A stretch of 64,000 nucleotides of DNA from Rhodospirillales bacterium (GCA_038143065.1 JAYQLI010000033.1:37906-101905), one strand, 5' to 3'. Positions 23,311 through 35,572 are shown, counted from the stretch's first letter. The notes: a model not told the origin generated them from the sequence alone. Numbers and translations are program-made.

Positions 23311-24286
23311 TCAACCGAGTTTAGCGATTATATTGCCTGCCTTTAGGTGCGTGTAACGGAAAAGCATCTTTGCGTCCTTATGACCTGATATCAGGGCCAC
23401 CTCGGGAATACTTAAGCCCATTTCAAAGAACCTACTTATGGCCTCATGTCGAAGGTCATGGAACCTTAGGTCACACAAGTCAGCACGTTTCCTGAGACGT
23501 TCCCACGCTAGTCTGAAGGCGTTAGCATTAACTGGAAATGGAGTAGGGGTGTCTTGTCGTGACCTTTGGTCTCTTAGGACATCAACTGCTTTTGAAGATA
23601 AAGGAACTTCTCTACTTGTTCCATTCTTGGTCAATGGTAGATAGGCAAGCTGTTGTTCCAGGCTAATGTTCTCCCAAGTCAGACCAAGGATTTCGCCCCG
23701 TCTCATGCCTGTTTCAATTGCAAAGACAATGATAGGCCATATGTGAGGGTTGAGAGTTAGATAGAGGCTTGCTCCAAACGTTCAAATTCACCTTTGTTGA
23801 GCCTTCGTTGCCTTGGCTTTGAGGTTGGAGGCATCTTGATAAAGTCGACAGGATTGGAAGACAGTGTCAAACCCCACTCGTGAGTGGCTATCTTCATGCA
23901 GTGTCTAATCAAGGTAAGGTCGTAATGCGTGGTTCTAGCTCCGTCAGGAAGCCTTCGGTCACGAAAGGCCGCGATGGCTGATGATGACAGCTTATCAAGG
24001 GTGAGGGTGCTTATAGGGTCGTTAATAAGGCGATTGAGGCGCCTTTCTTCGGTGTTTGCACCACGTTTACTCGGGGTAATTTCCTGCAGTAGCGTGATAG
24101 AAGTTCACCAAGCGTAACGCTGTCAGGTCTCAGTAAGCCGTAACTTCTGGCCTCAAGTTTGTTCTCTTGCTCAGCCACCCATTTGACAGCCAAGGACTTG
24201 GCTTTAAACGATCTTGTAATCGTGCCGATATCCTTGTGTCTAACGATTGCCTGCCATTTGCCGTTTCGCTTCCTGTATGTAGCCAC
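23311..24286 (-). CDS. tyrosine integrase of island 1 (frameshifted)
   Basis: ATYRKRNGKWQAIVR arm-binding N-terminus; TGMRRGE, TKNG, FHDLRHEA, ISGH, RY catalytic residues. Confidence 0.92.
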
Positions 24287-24360
24287 TTTTGCCTCCAAAA
24301 GTGACACAGGAGTGACCAAACATCTGGGTGAGGTGTTAACCTATTGAAAACCGGAGATTA

Positions 24361-24425
24361 CAGTTGGTTAGAGCAGCGGAATCATAATCCGCGTGTCGGG
24401 GGTTCAAGTCCCTCCTCCGCTACCA
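24361..24425 (+). repeat. att site: 65-bp 3' copy of tRNA-Met
   Basis: CAGTTGGTTAGAGC...CCGCTACCA, one mismatch versus 12332-12396; 5' acceptor stem missing. Confidence 0.95.
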
Positions 24426-24567
24426 TTTCTTTCAATATTATCAATAATTTACAACGTCTCAAAAATCATTTTGAGGCGATTTTTTCATTACACACCTCTT
24501 ACACACTTTTTGGTTGGCTTCCAGTCGCTCCAGACTATATCGTTTTTATAGTGATTGGATGTGTTAG

Positions 24568-25105
24568 ATGCCTGTTTTGCGTGAAGATTCTGTGTTGATT
24601 ATGGATGGAGCTGTAAAGCTCTACAGGCGTGAGAGAAGCCGCAAATGGCAGGCAGCCTTCCAAATAGACGGCCAATACATTCGCATTTCAACTGGCAAGA
24701 GTGATTTGGACGAAGCCAAACAGGCTGCCTCTGACAGCTATTTGGAGTACAAGTTTCGACAAAAGAATGGCGTGCCAGTTGTTTCAAAGCGGTTCTCAGA
24801 TGTAGCTAAACTGTGCATCACAGAAATGTACAAGCAGCTGGAAAGTGGCGTTGGTAAGAGGTCTATCGCGATTATGTGATCGTGCTTGAGAAATATCTTA
24901 TTCCGTTCTTTGGCAAGATGCATGTAACAAGCATAACCTACGAAACACTCCAAAAGTTTGCACGCTGGCGCGAACAGCAGATGGGCAGGGAGCCCAAAGC
25001 ATCAACGCTGAACACACATAACTCTGCTCTTAACAGAGTGTTTGATGAGAGTGTTGCGCGCGGCTTTATGAACAAAACACAGGTGCCAACACTGATCAAC
25101 AAGGG
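24568..25105 (+). pseudogene. 5' half of a tyrosine integrase near-identical to 44572-45808
   Basis: Co-linear with 44572-45110 up to ...AACAAGGG, then similarity stops; catalytic domain absent. Confidence 0.92.
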
Positions 25106-25382
25106 CGGACTCAGTTTGGGCTAAAAATGTCAATTTTAAATACACTCAATTCATATATAATTTTAAGGGGAATACAACTCATGCGCGAGCTAATCCAGAC
25201 TTGGCCCGCAAGTTTGACGCGTGCACAGATTGACGCAAAAAAAAGTGTCTGCCTTGTTGCCATCAGAGTGTGAGGCAACACTCTTTTGCTAGACAAAATG
25301 GACGAAATTCACGTCAGCACAATTCGCTGGTTATCGGACCAGTGGGTCTCGGACCTGCCATGGTCATATGTCAGAAGAGCCA

Positions 25383-25481
25383 ATCAAATTGCAGCAAGCC
25401 AGTATGCATGAGGATGATGAAATGCGTTAGTTGCTTGCTCTTATCAGTGACACCGGGATGCGGCTGACACAGGCCGCAGGG
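25383..25481 (+). pseudogene. short relic of a third tyrosine recombinase
   Basis: Translates IKLQQASMHEDDEMR*LLALISDTGMRLTQAAG (box I TGMR motif). Confidence 0.6.
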
Positions 25482-25647
25482 CGCGGATCTTGCTTGATGG
25501 GTGGACTGATTCAACCCCAACAAATTCAATCCCATCTTTACCCATACATATTTAGTAATAATTAGACAGGTAAGGTTTCGTGGAACGTAAGAATGATGTT
25601 ACGCTTAATTAGTAAAAGTAAGCATTGGAAATGTGCGAAATAGAAAT

Positions 25648-27866
25648 ATGAAGATGGGTTTACAGATTCGTGTAAGAGGACAGGTTCAAGGGGTTGGTTT
25701 CCGACCCTTTGTATGGCGTGAGGCGCGTTCACTTGGCCTTGTGGGTGACGTCAAAAATGATAAGGAAGGTGTGCTTATCCACGTATCTGGCAATGCAATG
25801 CATGATCTGCCTGATGCGATCCGCACTTCTGCACCGCCATTGTGCGAGATCCATGGCATTGAGGTCACCGAGATGGTATGCGCGCCATCAGACCAGTTTA
25901 GGATACTGGTGTCTGGCGATGAAGGGGCGGAAACATCCTGTCCGCCGGATGCCCCATTTGCTCGGCCTGCATTGATGAGGTAAGTCAGGCGGGACGAAGG
26001 GCAGATTACGCTTTACTAACTGCACCAATTGCGGGCCGCGCTTTACGATTGTCGAACGTCTTCCCTATGATCGGCACAGGACGACGATGCGTAATTTCGA
26101 TATTTGCGAAGACTGTCGCGCCGAGTACGAAAATCCTCTTGACCGCAGATTTCATGCTCAACCTATTGCCTGTCCCAACTGTGGACCTCTCCTGACAATA
26201 AAACCCTATGCAGCTAATCCACTTGACGCTGCGTCATCACGAATTTGCAATGGAGAAATTGTTGCCGTCAAGGGATTGGGTGGGTTTCACCTAGCTTGTG
26301 ATGCGACGAACGCTGATGTTGTGCAATCCCTGCGGACACGCAAGCACCGTCCTTCCAAACCCTTTGCATTGATGGCCGATCTTGAAACCATTAGACAATT
26401 CACAGACCCATCGGATGAGGAGATAGATCTGCTGACCGGTCCCGACGCGCCAATTGTCTTGCTGGATAAAGTCAGTGGCAGACTTCCTGAGTCTATTGCG
26501 CCGGCCTTGTCACGACATGGGTGGATGTTGCCCTACACCCCTTGCATTGGCTTCTGTCCAAAAAGGTAGGGCGCCCGCTGATCATGACATCTGGGAATCT
26601 GAGTAAAGAGCCGCAGGTTATGGATAATGACGAGGCATTAGAAAAGCTCGCGCATATTGCTGACAGTTTTGTCCTGCACAATCGCCCGATAGCCCGCCGG
26701 GTTGACGACAGTGTTGTTCTGCCAACGCCATCAACGCCAATGGTTCTGCGCCGGGCGCGGGGGCAAACCCCTGGAACTCTTGCCTTGCCCATAAGCCTTC
26801 CAGACCGTCAAGTTGCCGCCTACGGCGCGGAATTGAAATCAGCCATTTGTTTGACGAAAAATGGTAGGGCGATGTTGTCGCATCATATGGGAGATTTGGA
26901 TAATGTCCTTGCCTATGAAGACTTCCTCAAAGCGGATCGGGATTTTGCCAATTTGATGGATCATCAACCGAAGCTGATCGCTGTTGACAGGCATCCAACG
27001 TATCTGTCGTCCAGATATGGCCGTGATCTTGCGGAAAAGGCGGGTCTTGCCTGCGTGGAAGTCCAACATCACCATGCGCATATGGCCGCGGCGCTGGGGG
27101 CACGCGGCTGGGATGGTGAACAGGCCGTCGGTATCATTCTGGATGGTTTGGGTTTTGGTGATGATGAGGCATTTTGGGGCGGTGAAGTTCTGGTCGGGAA
27201 CTATAAAACGTTCCGGCGGGCGGGGCAGTTGTCCTATGCGCCGCTCATTGGTGGTGACAGCGCGCAGCGCGAACCGTGGCGAAATGCGCTGGTTCGCTTG
27301 GACGCAGCTGGCCTCAACGCGGTTGCCGATCTGCTATTTTGCGATTATCCGGTCAGCCAGCTGCGCGCGGTGGCAGGCAAACACGGCCTTCGCACCACCT
27401 TCTAGTTCAGCCGGACGTTTGTTTGATGCCATCGCTGCCTGTCTTGGCATTTTGCCAGCAGGGCAGTCTTTTGAAGGTGAGGCTGCGATGCGGCTGGAAT
27501 CGCTCGCCTCTACGTCGCAAGATGATGGCTGGTACGCGTTAAGATGCTTGGGGGCCTCATTGATGAGCGAACTATTTGAAGAGCTTTTGGCTGACCAGAA
27601 GAGGGCGTTCCAGATGCAACAATCGCAAGACGCTGTCACGGCGGTATTGCGAAAGCATTTTCCGATATGGGGCGTCGCGTGGCGCTGGAGGCAGGTGCGC
27701 AAACAATAGCCATATCTGGCGGGTGTTTCCAAAACCGGTTGCTACTGACCATGGTGGCAGAGGAACTTCGGGAGTTCGAGCTTTGCGGCCCAGGGCCGGT
27801 CCCGATTAATGATGGCGGTCTGGCTTTTGGTCAGAAGCTGTGATTGCTCTGGCACAATCAAGCTGA
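25648..27866 (+). CDS. hypF: carbamoyltransferase HypF (frameshifted)
   Basis: Acylphosphatase GQVQGVGFRPFV, Zn fingers CTNCGPRF/CEDC/RRFHAQPIACPNCGP, KGLGGFHL, QHHHAH, SSAGRLFD, NDGG. Confidence 0.95.
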
Positions 27867-27934
27867 AATAGGGTGTTGGTTGTGTTTCTGATTATTCAAT
27901 TCTGAAGTACCATGCTTTGCAAAAGGAGGTTTTC

Positions 27935-28998
27935 TTGACAAAACCTGAGACACAAGCTGAGACACAAACTGGACAAACCGTCACATTTGCGTCGTGACCG
28001 TGTGACCATGGCCCACGCAGGTGGTGGCAAGGCGATGCGGGATTTGATTGATGGTGTTCGTTTCAGCTTTCGAACTAGACACATCCGAAGATCAGGCGCG
28101 CCTCGTATCGGATGCGATGAGCGAGCACGGTGCAAAACTCGCCTTTACGACTGATGGCTATGTGGTCACGCCGCTTGAGTTCGCCGGTGGTGATATTGGT
28201 AAGCTGGCAATTTGTGGGACTGTTAATGACCTCGCAGTAGGCGGGGCTAAGCCGCTTTGGCTGTCCGCCGGGTTCATCATCGAAGAAGGCTTTGAAATCT
28301 CCGTTTGCGTCGGGTGGTTTCAACAATGGCGTCCGAGGCGAAACGAGCGGATGTTCGTATCGTGACGGGCGATACCAAGGTGGTTGAGCGCGGTTCGGCT
28401 GACGGCCTTTACATCACAACGTCTGGTGTTGGGGTGATTCCGCCGGGCTGCAATCTGGGAGCGATCAGCATCCAAGAGGGCGATGTCGCAATCGTCAACG
28501 GTGTTTTGGGCGATCACGGGGCAGCTATATTGGATGCGCGCGGTGACCTTGCCCTGTCGACAACTGTCGAAAGTGATTGTCAGTCGCTCGCTTTGCTCAT
28601 GCAGGCAGTCATGAGTGCGGCGCCGAACCTGCGGGCGGCACGTGACTTGACGCGTGGTGGTTTGGCGTCTGCCCTTAACGAGATGGCGGAAACGGCCCAG
28701 CTCACTGTAGAAATTAATGAGAGTAAGTTGCCAATCCGGCCTGAGGTTCGCGGCGTGTGTGAAAATACTTGGTCTTGACCCGCTTTATCTTGCCAACGAA
28801 GGCACACTGGTCCTGTTTGTGCCAGAGAATGAAGCAGAAGCTGCGCTGGCATCAATGCGGGCGCAGGACGCTGGCCGTGACGCGGTGGTGATTGGCAAGG
28901 CGCGAAAGAAAGGGCGATTCCGGTCAATGAGGACCTTGTTCGGGGGAGGCGGGTTTGTTGATATGCTCGTTGGTGAACAGCTGCCGAGAATTTGCTGA
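27935..28998 (+). CDS. hypE: carbamoyl dehydratase HypE (frameshifted)
   Basis: [32 protein letters not shown] and C-terminal EQLPRIC. Confidence 0.95.
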
Positions 28999-29022
28999 GT
29001 CTCTTTTAGCTAGGTCTACACC

Positions 29023-30135
29023 CTATCTGGCACCGCCATATTGCCAGTAGGCAGCGCAGGCGCCTTCGGACGAAACCATCAAAGCCCCCAGCGGCATGTC
29101 AGGGGTGCACCTTTCCGAATTGTGGGCATGCAACGGGTTTGACGCGTCCTGTCATGACCTCTCCACAGGCGCACCCTTCTGGCTCTTTTTTAAGCTGTTT
29201 CGTTTTAACCCATAGCCGATGCAAATTTTTCTTCGGCGTCAAATTCCTGTATTTGGCTCGGACCCGTAAACCACTCGCATCTATCTCGCCAAGCCCACGC
29301 CACTCAAATGTAGGTCGTGGTTCAGGACGTCTTCAACAGAGGCGATGCTGATCATATTGCCATCGTCAGGCACGACCCGGGAATACTGGTTTTCAACTTC
29401 TGCACGCCCACTCGCCAATTGTCTTAGGACCGCGAGGATTGACTGCAGCAAGTCGAGCGGTTCAAAGCCGGCCACTACTATAGGTTTGTTGAAATCGCGG
29501 GCAATGAACTCATAGGGCTTTGTGCCAATGACCATCGAGACATGGCCCGGCCCCACAAAGCCGTCGATCATTGAAAGTGGATCTTCCAACAACGCCTTAA
29601 TCGGCGGCGGTACATAATGTGATTGCAGAATATGCTGAAATTTGTGAGCTCTTCACGAGCTGCCTGCTGAATGGCTATTGCCGTAGATGGCGTTGTCGTC
29701 TCAAACCCCAGCCCAAAGAAAACGACTTCTTTGTCGGGCTGACGACGGGCCAACTCCAGCGCGTCGAGAGGCGAATATACCATTCGCACATCAGCGCCAT
29801 CCGCCTTTGCTTGAAAAAGGGATTTTTTGTGCCCGGCACCCGCATCACATCGCCGAAGGTGGTCATGATAACATCGGGGCGTTCGGCGATTTCGACACAA
29901 TCATCTACACGGCTCATGGGCGTACACAGACTGGACAGCCGGGACCGTGGATGAATTCCAATCCGGGAGGGGTCAATTGTCGACCAAAAACGAAAGATGG
30001 CGTGGGTATGGCCGCCATACTTCCATGATGTGGATAGGCTTTTCGGCGGTGGCCCCTAATTCCTCAACACTCTCTCATAGCTGCCAGCAATGATCTGGCT
30101 GCCGATGGATCGCGAAATTCATCGACGAACTTCAT
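29023..30135 (-). CDS. hypD: hydrogenase formation protein HypD (frameshifted)
   Basis: [47 protein letters not shown]. Confidence 0.95.
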
Positions 30136-30421
30136 GTCTGACCTCCAAGGACCTTTCGCTTTCGAACATGGCCTCAAACTCTTCTTGCGCGTCACCCAAC
30201 GCGTGCAGGGTTTGCATGGTTTTTTCGGCTTCTTCCTCGTCGATAATGGCCATAGCGAAACCAACGTGGATCGGGACCCATTTATCAACGAGAGAGGCAA
30301 GACCTTCGCCAGAGACACAGGTGACATTTACCTTACGCTTTACGCCGGATACGTCCGCCAGCGCCAGATTGGCCTCAAAATCGGTTATCTCAACAATACG
30401 ACCAGGAATTCCAAGACACAT
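30119..30421 (-). CDS. hypC: hydrogenase chaperone HypC
   Basis: MCLGIPGRIVE N-terminus and HVGFAM. Confidence 0.95.
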   Translation of the reverse strand: MCLGIPGRIVEITDFEANLALADVSGVKRKVNVTCVSGEGLASLVDKWVPIHVGFAMAIIDEEEAEKTMQTLHALGDAQEEFEAMFESERSLEVRHEVRR

Positions 30422-30542
30422 ACCGTCCTCCAAATTGATAACAGCCCCCCAATTGGTCTTAGGCCAACCTCTACTTAACGAGACGACAATAGCATTGTGT
30501 CCCAAGGGAAAGGTCAACAGGCAACTATCAATCCGAATCTGT

Positions 30543-31544
30543 TCAGATCCTATGCGCGCAACGCCCAAGATCTCGGCGAATTTCATCCTCAGGCAAGTTG
30601 ATCCCGATGAAAACCAGAAAGCTTTTATCTGGTGCTCCGGGCAAGGGGTTCGATGGAGCATATATCGTGAACGATATTGATTAATTGTGGCAGCGGCTCG
30701 TCTGCAAAACACAGGATCCCCTTTACCCTTAGCAAATCTTCGGAATGTCGCATGATCCAGAACGAGAGGATGTCGCGAAACACATCATGATTTAGGGGCG
30801 TGTCAATTTCGATTGAAAAGGACGATATGCCATGGGTGTGATCATGGTCGTGGTCATGGTTGTGGTCATGGTTGTTGGTGTGAAGATGTTCATGGTCGCG
30901 TGAAGATGGTATGGATGGCGTTTTGTCCAGTGGCAGGAACATGGTATCGATCTCGGCCTCCGCGCCCATCACCACAATCTCGGCCAACGGATTTCTAGTC
31001 GCGAGGGTCGTGTAAATCTCGTTCACCTGTTCATTGGTTTCGAGTTCTGATTTGCTGACGACGATCCGGTCTGCCAGCGCAATCTGCTCCGCGGCCTCAA
31101 CGAAACGGACTACCTGATTGCGAATGGCTGGCGCCGCCGCAACACAGATGGTTTGCACCACCTTGATGTCTGATTTCAGGCGCAAGTCACGCGCGACAGT
31201 GCGCAGGATACTACCGGGATCGGCAAGGCCAGAGGTCTCTACGATACACCGCTCTATGCTATCTGTGTCGCGGCGTGTAATGAGTTCAACAAGGGCGGCG
31301 GCGAGGTCATCTTGGACCTCACAACAGACACAGCCATTCGGCAGACTAAGCATTTGCGTACCACCGGACATTGTTCCCAGAATCGCCCCGTCAACATCAA
31401 CATCCCCAAACTCGTTTACGAGCACAGCCGTTCCCGCACCAGCTGGAGATTTGAGATATTTATTGAGGAGAGTTGTTTTTGCCTGCACCGGAGAAAACCA
31501 GTAAGCAGGGTCATCGGAAACATATTGTTTTCTGATTTCAGCAT
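30543..31544 (-). CDS. CobW/COG0523 G3E-family metallochaperone GTPase with His-rich insert
   Basis: Walker A (frameshifted GFLGAGKT), VNEFG, GCVCC, ETSG, DHEHLHTNNHDHNHDHDHDHTH, LRVKG; upstream of and co-oriented with hypCD. Confidence 0.9.
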
Positions 31545-31715
31545 GCTCGTTTTTGAACTCTTATCTGATGAATCGTAAGGCTTTAAAAAATTTGCATTGA
31601 CATTATTTCGTTATTATATGCGCTATGGTGGGGCTTTATTATCTCTCAGAGATACTCGCAATGCTCCACATCGTTAATTTATTCACGCTTAAATGTCCAC
31701 CCAAGGAGAAGAAAA

Positions 31716-32506
31716 ATGAAAATTGCAACTGTCGGAAAAGGCGGGTCTGGCAAGACAACAATCGCTGGCACATTGACTAGGATCTTTGCAGATGACGGCC
31801 GAAAGATGCTTGCCATTGACGGTGACCCCAACCCGAATTTAGCACTCACTCTTGGCATGTCTCGCGACAAATCAGACAACATTACCTACATCCCGGCTTC
31901 AGTTATGAAGCGTGGTGGAAGAGGTGGATGGTGTGGTCCAGATGGTGCCGGCGATCCCGCGCAGAAGAGATTATCGAAAAATATGCTGCGTCAGCTGCTG
32001 ATAATGTGGACCTCATCGTGATGGGGCAACCGGGACATGGTACAGCTGGGTCGGGCTGCATGTGCGCATCGCACAGGGCGGTACGCGGCCTTGTTGCTGA
32101 ACTAACGGATTTTGGCGAGCATACGGTGACCGATATGGAAGCTGGTCTGGAACATCTTAAACGTGGTACCGCGCGCCATGTTGACATGATGCTTATCGTT
32201 GCGGAACCCTATTACCGTTCACTTGAAGCGGGGATGCGTACCGTCGCGCTGGCCAAGGAACTGGGGATAGAACACATCAAGGTTGTAGCAAACAAAGTCC
32301 GTAATAACGAGGACATGGAAGCCATTCAGACCTTCTGCGATCGCCACGAAATGGAAATCATCGGCACAGTTCCTCTTGGACGAAGATATGGTTATGCAGA
32401 GCGACAGGAATTGGCGCCTTTTGATTTTGCGCCCGACTCCTCTGGTGTTTCTTCAATTCGCAAGATCGCGCAGGCCATCGATGAACTTGCCAAACAGCCA
32501 AGTTAA
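31716..32506 (+). CDS. cooC: CooC/AcsF-type nickel-insertion ATPase (frameshifted)
   Basis: GKGGSGKT deviant Walker A, IDGDPNPNL, GCMC (CxC Ni site), DMEAGLEHL, VANKVR. Confidence 0.88.
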
Positions 32507-32914
32507 TGAATATCGGTGACCTGGCAAAGAAACTCTCAGTTTCGACTAAGACTTTGCGGCATTATGAAAAAATAGGCATCCTTCCACAGGCTAACCGCAG
32601 CGATAATGGCTACCGTACATTTTCACGGGGCCGCGGTAGGTCAAGCTCGCTTTATTGTCATGCTGAGACGTCTGGAATTGTCGCTGGAAGAAATACGCCA
32701 ACTTCTTGAGGGTAATCCAGACAGTCTTCGAAAAAACCTGATTAGCATTTTAGATGAAAAGCGCAGAGCCGCCATGGTTGAAGTGGCCGTGTTGCAGGGA
32801 AAAATCGAAGATTTAAATACACGCTCAACCAATCTTGCTACAATGCACAGTGCGATGGGTGGAAGGTGCATATGCCCTTTATTTGGTGAGAACTGTTCAT
32901 GTGACGGAGAATAA
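32506..32914 (+). CDS. MerR family regulator with C-terminal CxC-x6-CxC motif (frameshifted)
   Basis: MNIGDLAKKLSVSTKTLRHYEKIGIL...NGYR; tail CICPLFGENCSCDGE; start overlaps the cooC stop. Confidence 0.88.
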
Positions 32915-32975
32915 GGTCTAGTTTTTGATTATGCATGTTTTGTAAAAAATATTTTAAAAAAATATGAATAATGTG

Positions 32976-33007
32976 TTGACCTTTACCCGAGGGCAATCTG
33001 CCATTGT
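32976..33007 (+). promoter_or_regulatory. MerR-type long-spacer promoter/operator of the hydrogenase operon
   Basis: TTGACC-20 bp-CATTGT with imperfect dyad TTACCC-GA-GGGCAA in the spacer. Confidence 0.65.
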
Positions 33008-33069
33008 TTTGGTGTTTCTACAAACTATCAAGCTATAGTTAAACGCGATCGTATGATGGACATAGCTCA

Positions 33070-34344
33070 ATGGGGGATAAAATGGGTGAAAAAGTTGCAC
33101 GCTTAAAAGCAGAAGTTCCGACAAAAGTTAGCTATCTGCCTAGATTTGGATTGGATGAGGGTCCCGTAACCGAAGTTCATGCTTTCTGGCTGGCTGGTCT
33201 TAGTTGCGACGGTTGTTCCATTGCAGCAGTGGGAGCACAAAATCCGACAGTTGAACAATTGATAAGTGGATCAATTCCCGGCTACCCAAGGTCATTCTTC
33301 ACCACCCGGTATTGTCTGTCACGGTCGGCCATAAGTTTATGGAGGCATATCACGAAGCCAAGAATGGGACGCTTGGTGCACCATATGTTGTCATTCAGGA
33401 AGGGTCAGTCGCTGACGAGGAGATCGCCGGGGGAATTCGGCGGGTACTGGTCTGCTATGGGTGTCACGGTTGATGAGGATGGGACCCAAACTCCAATACC
33501 GACCGCACACTGGCTGCGCGATCTTGCGCCGGGGGCCGCGGCTGTCATAGCTGTTGGAACCTGTGCTACGTGGGGCGGTGTTCCTGCGGCGGCTGGCAAT
33601 CTTACAAATGCCATGTCGGTCATGGATTATCTTGGCAAGGAGTATCTGTCGACCCTCGGTCTGCCGCCGGTGAACATCCCAGGATGCGCCCCGCTCGGTG
33701 ACAACATCACTGAAACGATAACATCAGTTTTGATGTTCCTTGCCGGTTTTGGACCATTGCCTGAGTTCGACGAACTCGGCAGGCCAGCTTGGATGTTCCA
33801 GTCGACTGTGCACCGCGGATGTGTGCGGGCCGGTAATTATGAGGAAGGCAAATTCGCCGACGAGTACGGCCAAAAAGAGTGTCTTGTTGAACTTGGTTGC
33901 TGGGGACCGGTTGTACAATGCAACATGGTATCACGGGGGCCATTGGTCATAATGGGGGTGTATGAACACCGGCGGCATTTGCATCGGTTGCACCATGCCG
34001 GGCTTTCCTGATACATTGCGCCATTTTATAAGCGCCCGCCAGGCACAATGGTGTCTTCAAACATCTCGCAGCACGGGATCGTTCGTTTCCTACTTGCGGA
34101 AATTTACGCAGGACAACCAAAACCTGACAAGTCATTGGAAGAAGACGAGCGAGATTCCCGTCTGGTTGGGCGAATGTTGACGGCCGCCGCGGGTTTGGAA
34201 AGAAGGCGGTCAGCTTCTTCTATGAGAAGTTGAAGAGATCTGGAACGGAATTTACCCTGGCTCACGGCGTCAGCAGGAGCTTCAGAATCTGCTTCGCGGT
34301 ACCTAAATAAAGGCACCACGGAATTCAAGATTGCGGCGGAATAG
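33070..34344 (+). CDS. hylS: [NiFe]-hydrogenase small subunit, group 1l-like (no Tat signal), frameshifted
   Basis: WLAGLSCDGCS, GTCATWGG, NIPGCAP, HRGC...CLVELGCWGPVVQC, GGICIGCT. Confidence 0.9.
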
Positions 34345-34353
34345 GGGGCTGAC

Positions 34354-34658
34354 ATGACTCTTTGGGCGATTGGTTATTTAATAGGTGTAACTGTGGTCCT
34401 CGTCGTTGCATTGCTGCTGATCGGCATCCTACTGCAAAGCGCGGCGCATTCATCGACTGGCTACAGCGGCATCGGCAATTGTGGCCGACATCGACAGCAA
34501 CACCCGCTCCCGTATGGATGCTTGCTGCGACCAATGATGTTGCGAAGAGCCTGCTTGGCGGCGCGGAGGCTGTCCCGAACAGAACGCGATGGCCATCGTC
34601 AACGCTGTCGGCAGAGAGTGGGGATCAAGAACAGATGCAGGAAGAGGAGGTAGTGTAA
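34354..34658 (+). CDS. single-pass membrane protein TM1 (HylTM-like), frameshifted
   Basis: MTLWAIGYLIGVTVVLVVALLLIGILL followed by an amphipathic helix; TAATG overlap with the next gene. Confidence 0.75.
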
Positions 34659-34984
34659 TGGATTTGATTCTTGGAACTGACCCTATCGCAAGCTGGTGGC
34701 TGGCTGTTGCCGTTGTCGCCGTAGTTACGCTTGTTGTTGCAATTTTGTTGGCCCTCGTGATCCGCACTGCCTCGGCAATCAATGACGAAGTTGCCACTGT
34801 TTGGGCTAACGGTCAGAGGGTGGCGAACAACACCATCCATATCGCGGCGCTTTATCAGACCCGTGATTACGTCAAAGGTATCCTTGGACACGCTGGACAC
34901 ATACTGAAACACAGTCAGGCTATTCGCGATCACGCAACGGATTCTTCAAGCCACTCACAGTCTATTTTGCAGAAGGTGAATTGA
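34658..34984 (+). CDS. single-pass membrane protein TM2 (HylTM-like)
   Basis: WWLAVAVVAVVTLVVAILLALVI followed by a helical, His-containing tail. Confidence 0.8.
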   Translation: MDLILGTDPIASWWLAVAVVAVVTLVVAILLALVIRTASAINDEVATVWANGQRVANNTIHIAALYQTRDYVKGILGHAGHILKHSQAIRDHATDSSSHSQSILQKVN

Positions 34985-34985
34985 C

Positions 34986-35280
34986 ATGATTACCATCCTT
35001 ACATTCCTTACATGTCTGGCATCGCTGGCGTTGCTGGTTGTGGTCGCTATCGGTCTGATGCGTATCAACGCAGTGTTGGAGAGCATCGGAGGAACTGGCG
35101 AGCTACCTTGCCAAACTGCGTCTTGGCTTGCGCGCTATCGAGAGAGAAACATCGCATTTGCCGGCCGCTGCCCCGACCCTGAATACAGATTTAGAGGCAA
35201 TTGGCAATGGCTTGACCGCCGTAGATGCAACACTTGGCGAGGTCCATGCAGCCCTTGTGGCACAGGAGGGCCGGTCATGA
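34986..35280 (+). CDS. single-pass membrane protein TM3 (HylTM-like), frameshifted
   Basis: MITILTFLTCLASLALLVVVAIGL...YLAKLRLGLRAIERETSHL; ATGA overlap. Confidence 0.75.
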
Positions 35281-35572
35281 GCACATTAGCTTTGACGATC
35301 TGGATCACTACTCTCGTTGTCGTTGTTGTCGCTGTTGTGCCGCTTGCCTTATCGTTGCTTGCGCGCGCGCTTCGCAATGCGAGATCGATTGAGGTTACCT
35401 TTCTGACATGCTTGACGCAGGCGTCAAGATCGTTGGCCACACAGAGGCAGTGACCGCGCTAGATCAAACGCTATCAGCTGCTAGAGGACTTCAGGCTGTG
35501 GCACCCGCTATCGAGGAGAAAACCGGCGTTGTCGCAGATATTATTTCAAAACGGGCCGAGGGGAATGCGTGA
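35277..35572 (+). CDS. single-pass membrane protein TM4 (HylTM-like), frameshifted
   Basis: MSTLALTIWITTLVVVVVAVVPLALSLL followed by a helix; TGATG overlap. Confidence 0.75.

Larger units (their letters stand above)
12397..24425. mobile_element. genomic island 1 at tRNA-Met (catabolic ABC cargo)
   Basis: Bounded by the tRNA and its partial copy at 24361-24425; integrase next to right end; GC-rich cargo. Confidence 0.85.

Noticed and set aside
24361-24425. Second functional tRNA-Met
   Set aside because: Lacks the first 12 nt including the 5' acceptor strand; it is an att copy. The overlapping ORF 24344-24598 is spurious
27944-27970. CTGAGACACAA direct repeat
   Set aside because: Two copies within the variable hypE N-terminal coding region
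30830-30900. CATGGT-type tandem repeats
   Set aside because: Simply encode the His/Asp-rich insert of the CobW protein
30543-31544. hypB
   Set aside because: Has COG0523 motifs (NEFG, GCxCC, CobW C-terminal RVKG) rather than HypB CH/ENVGNL motifs
31716-32506. CO dehydrogenase locus or ParA partition gene
   Set aside because: No cooS/cooF/acsB or parB nearby; the CxC and DMEAGLEH motifs identify the CooC type and the context is hydrogenase
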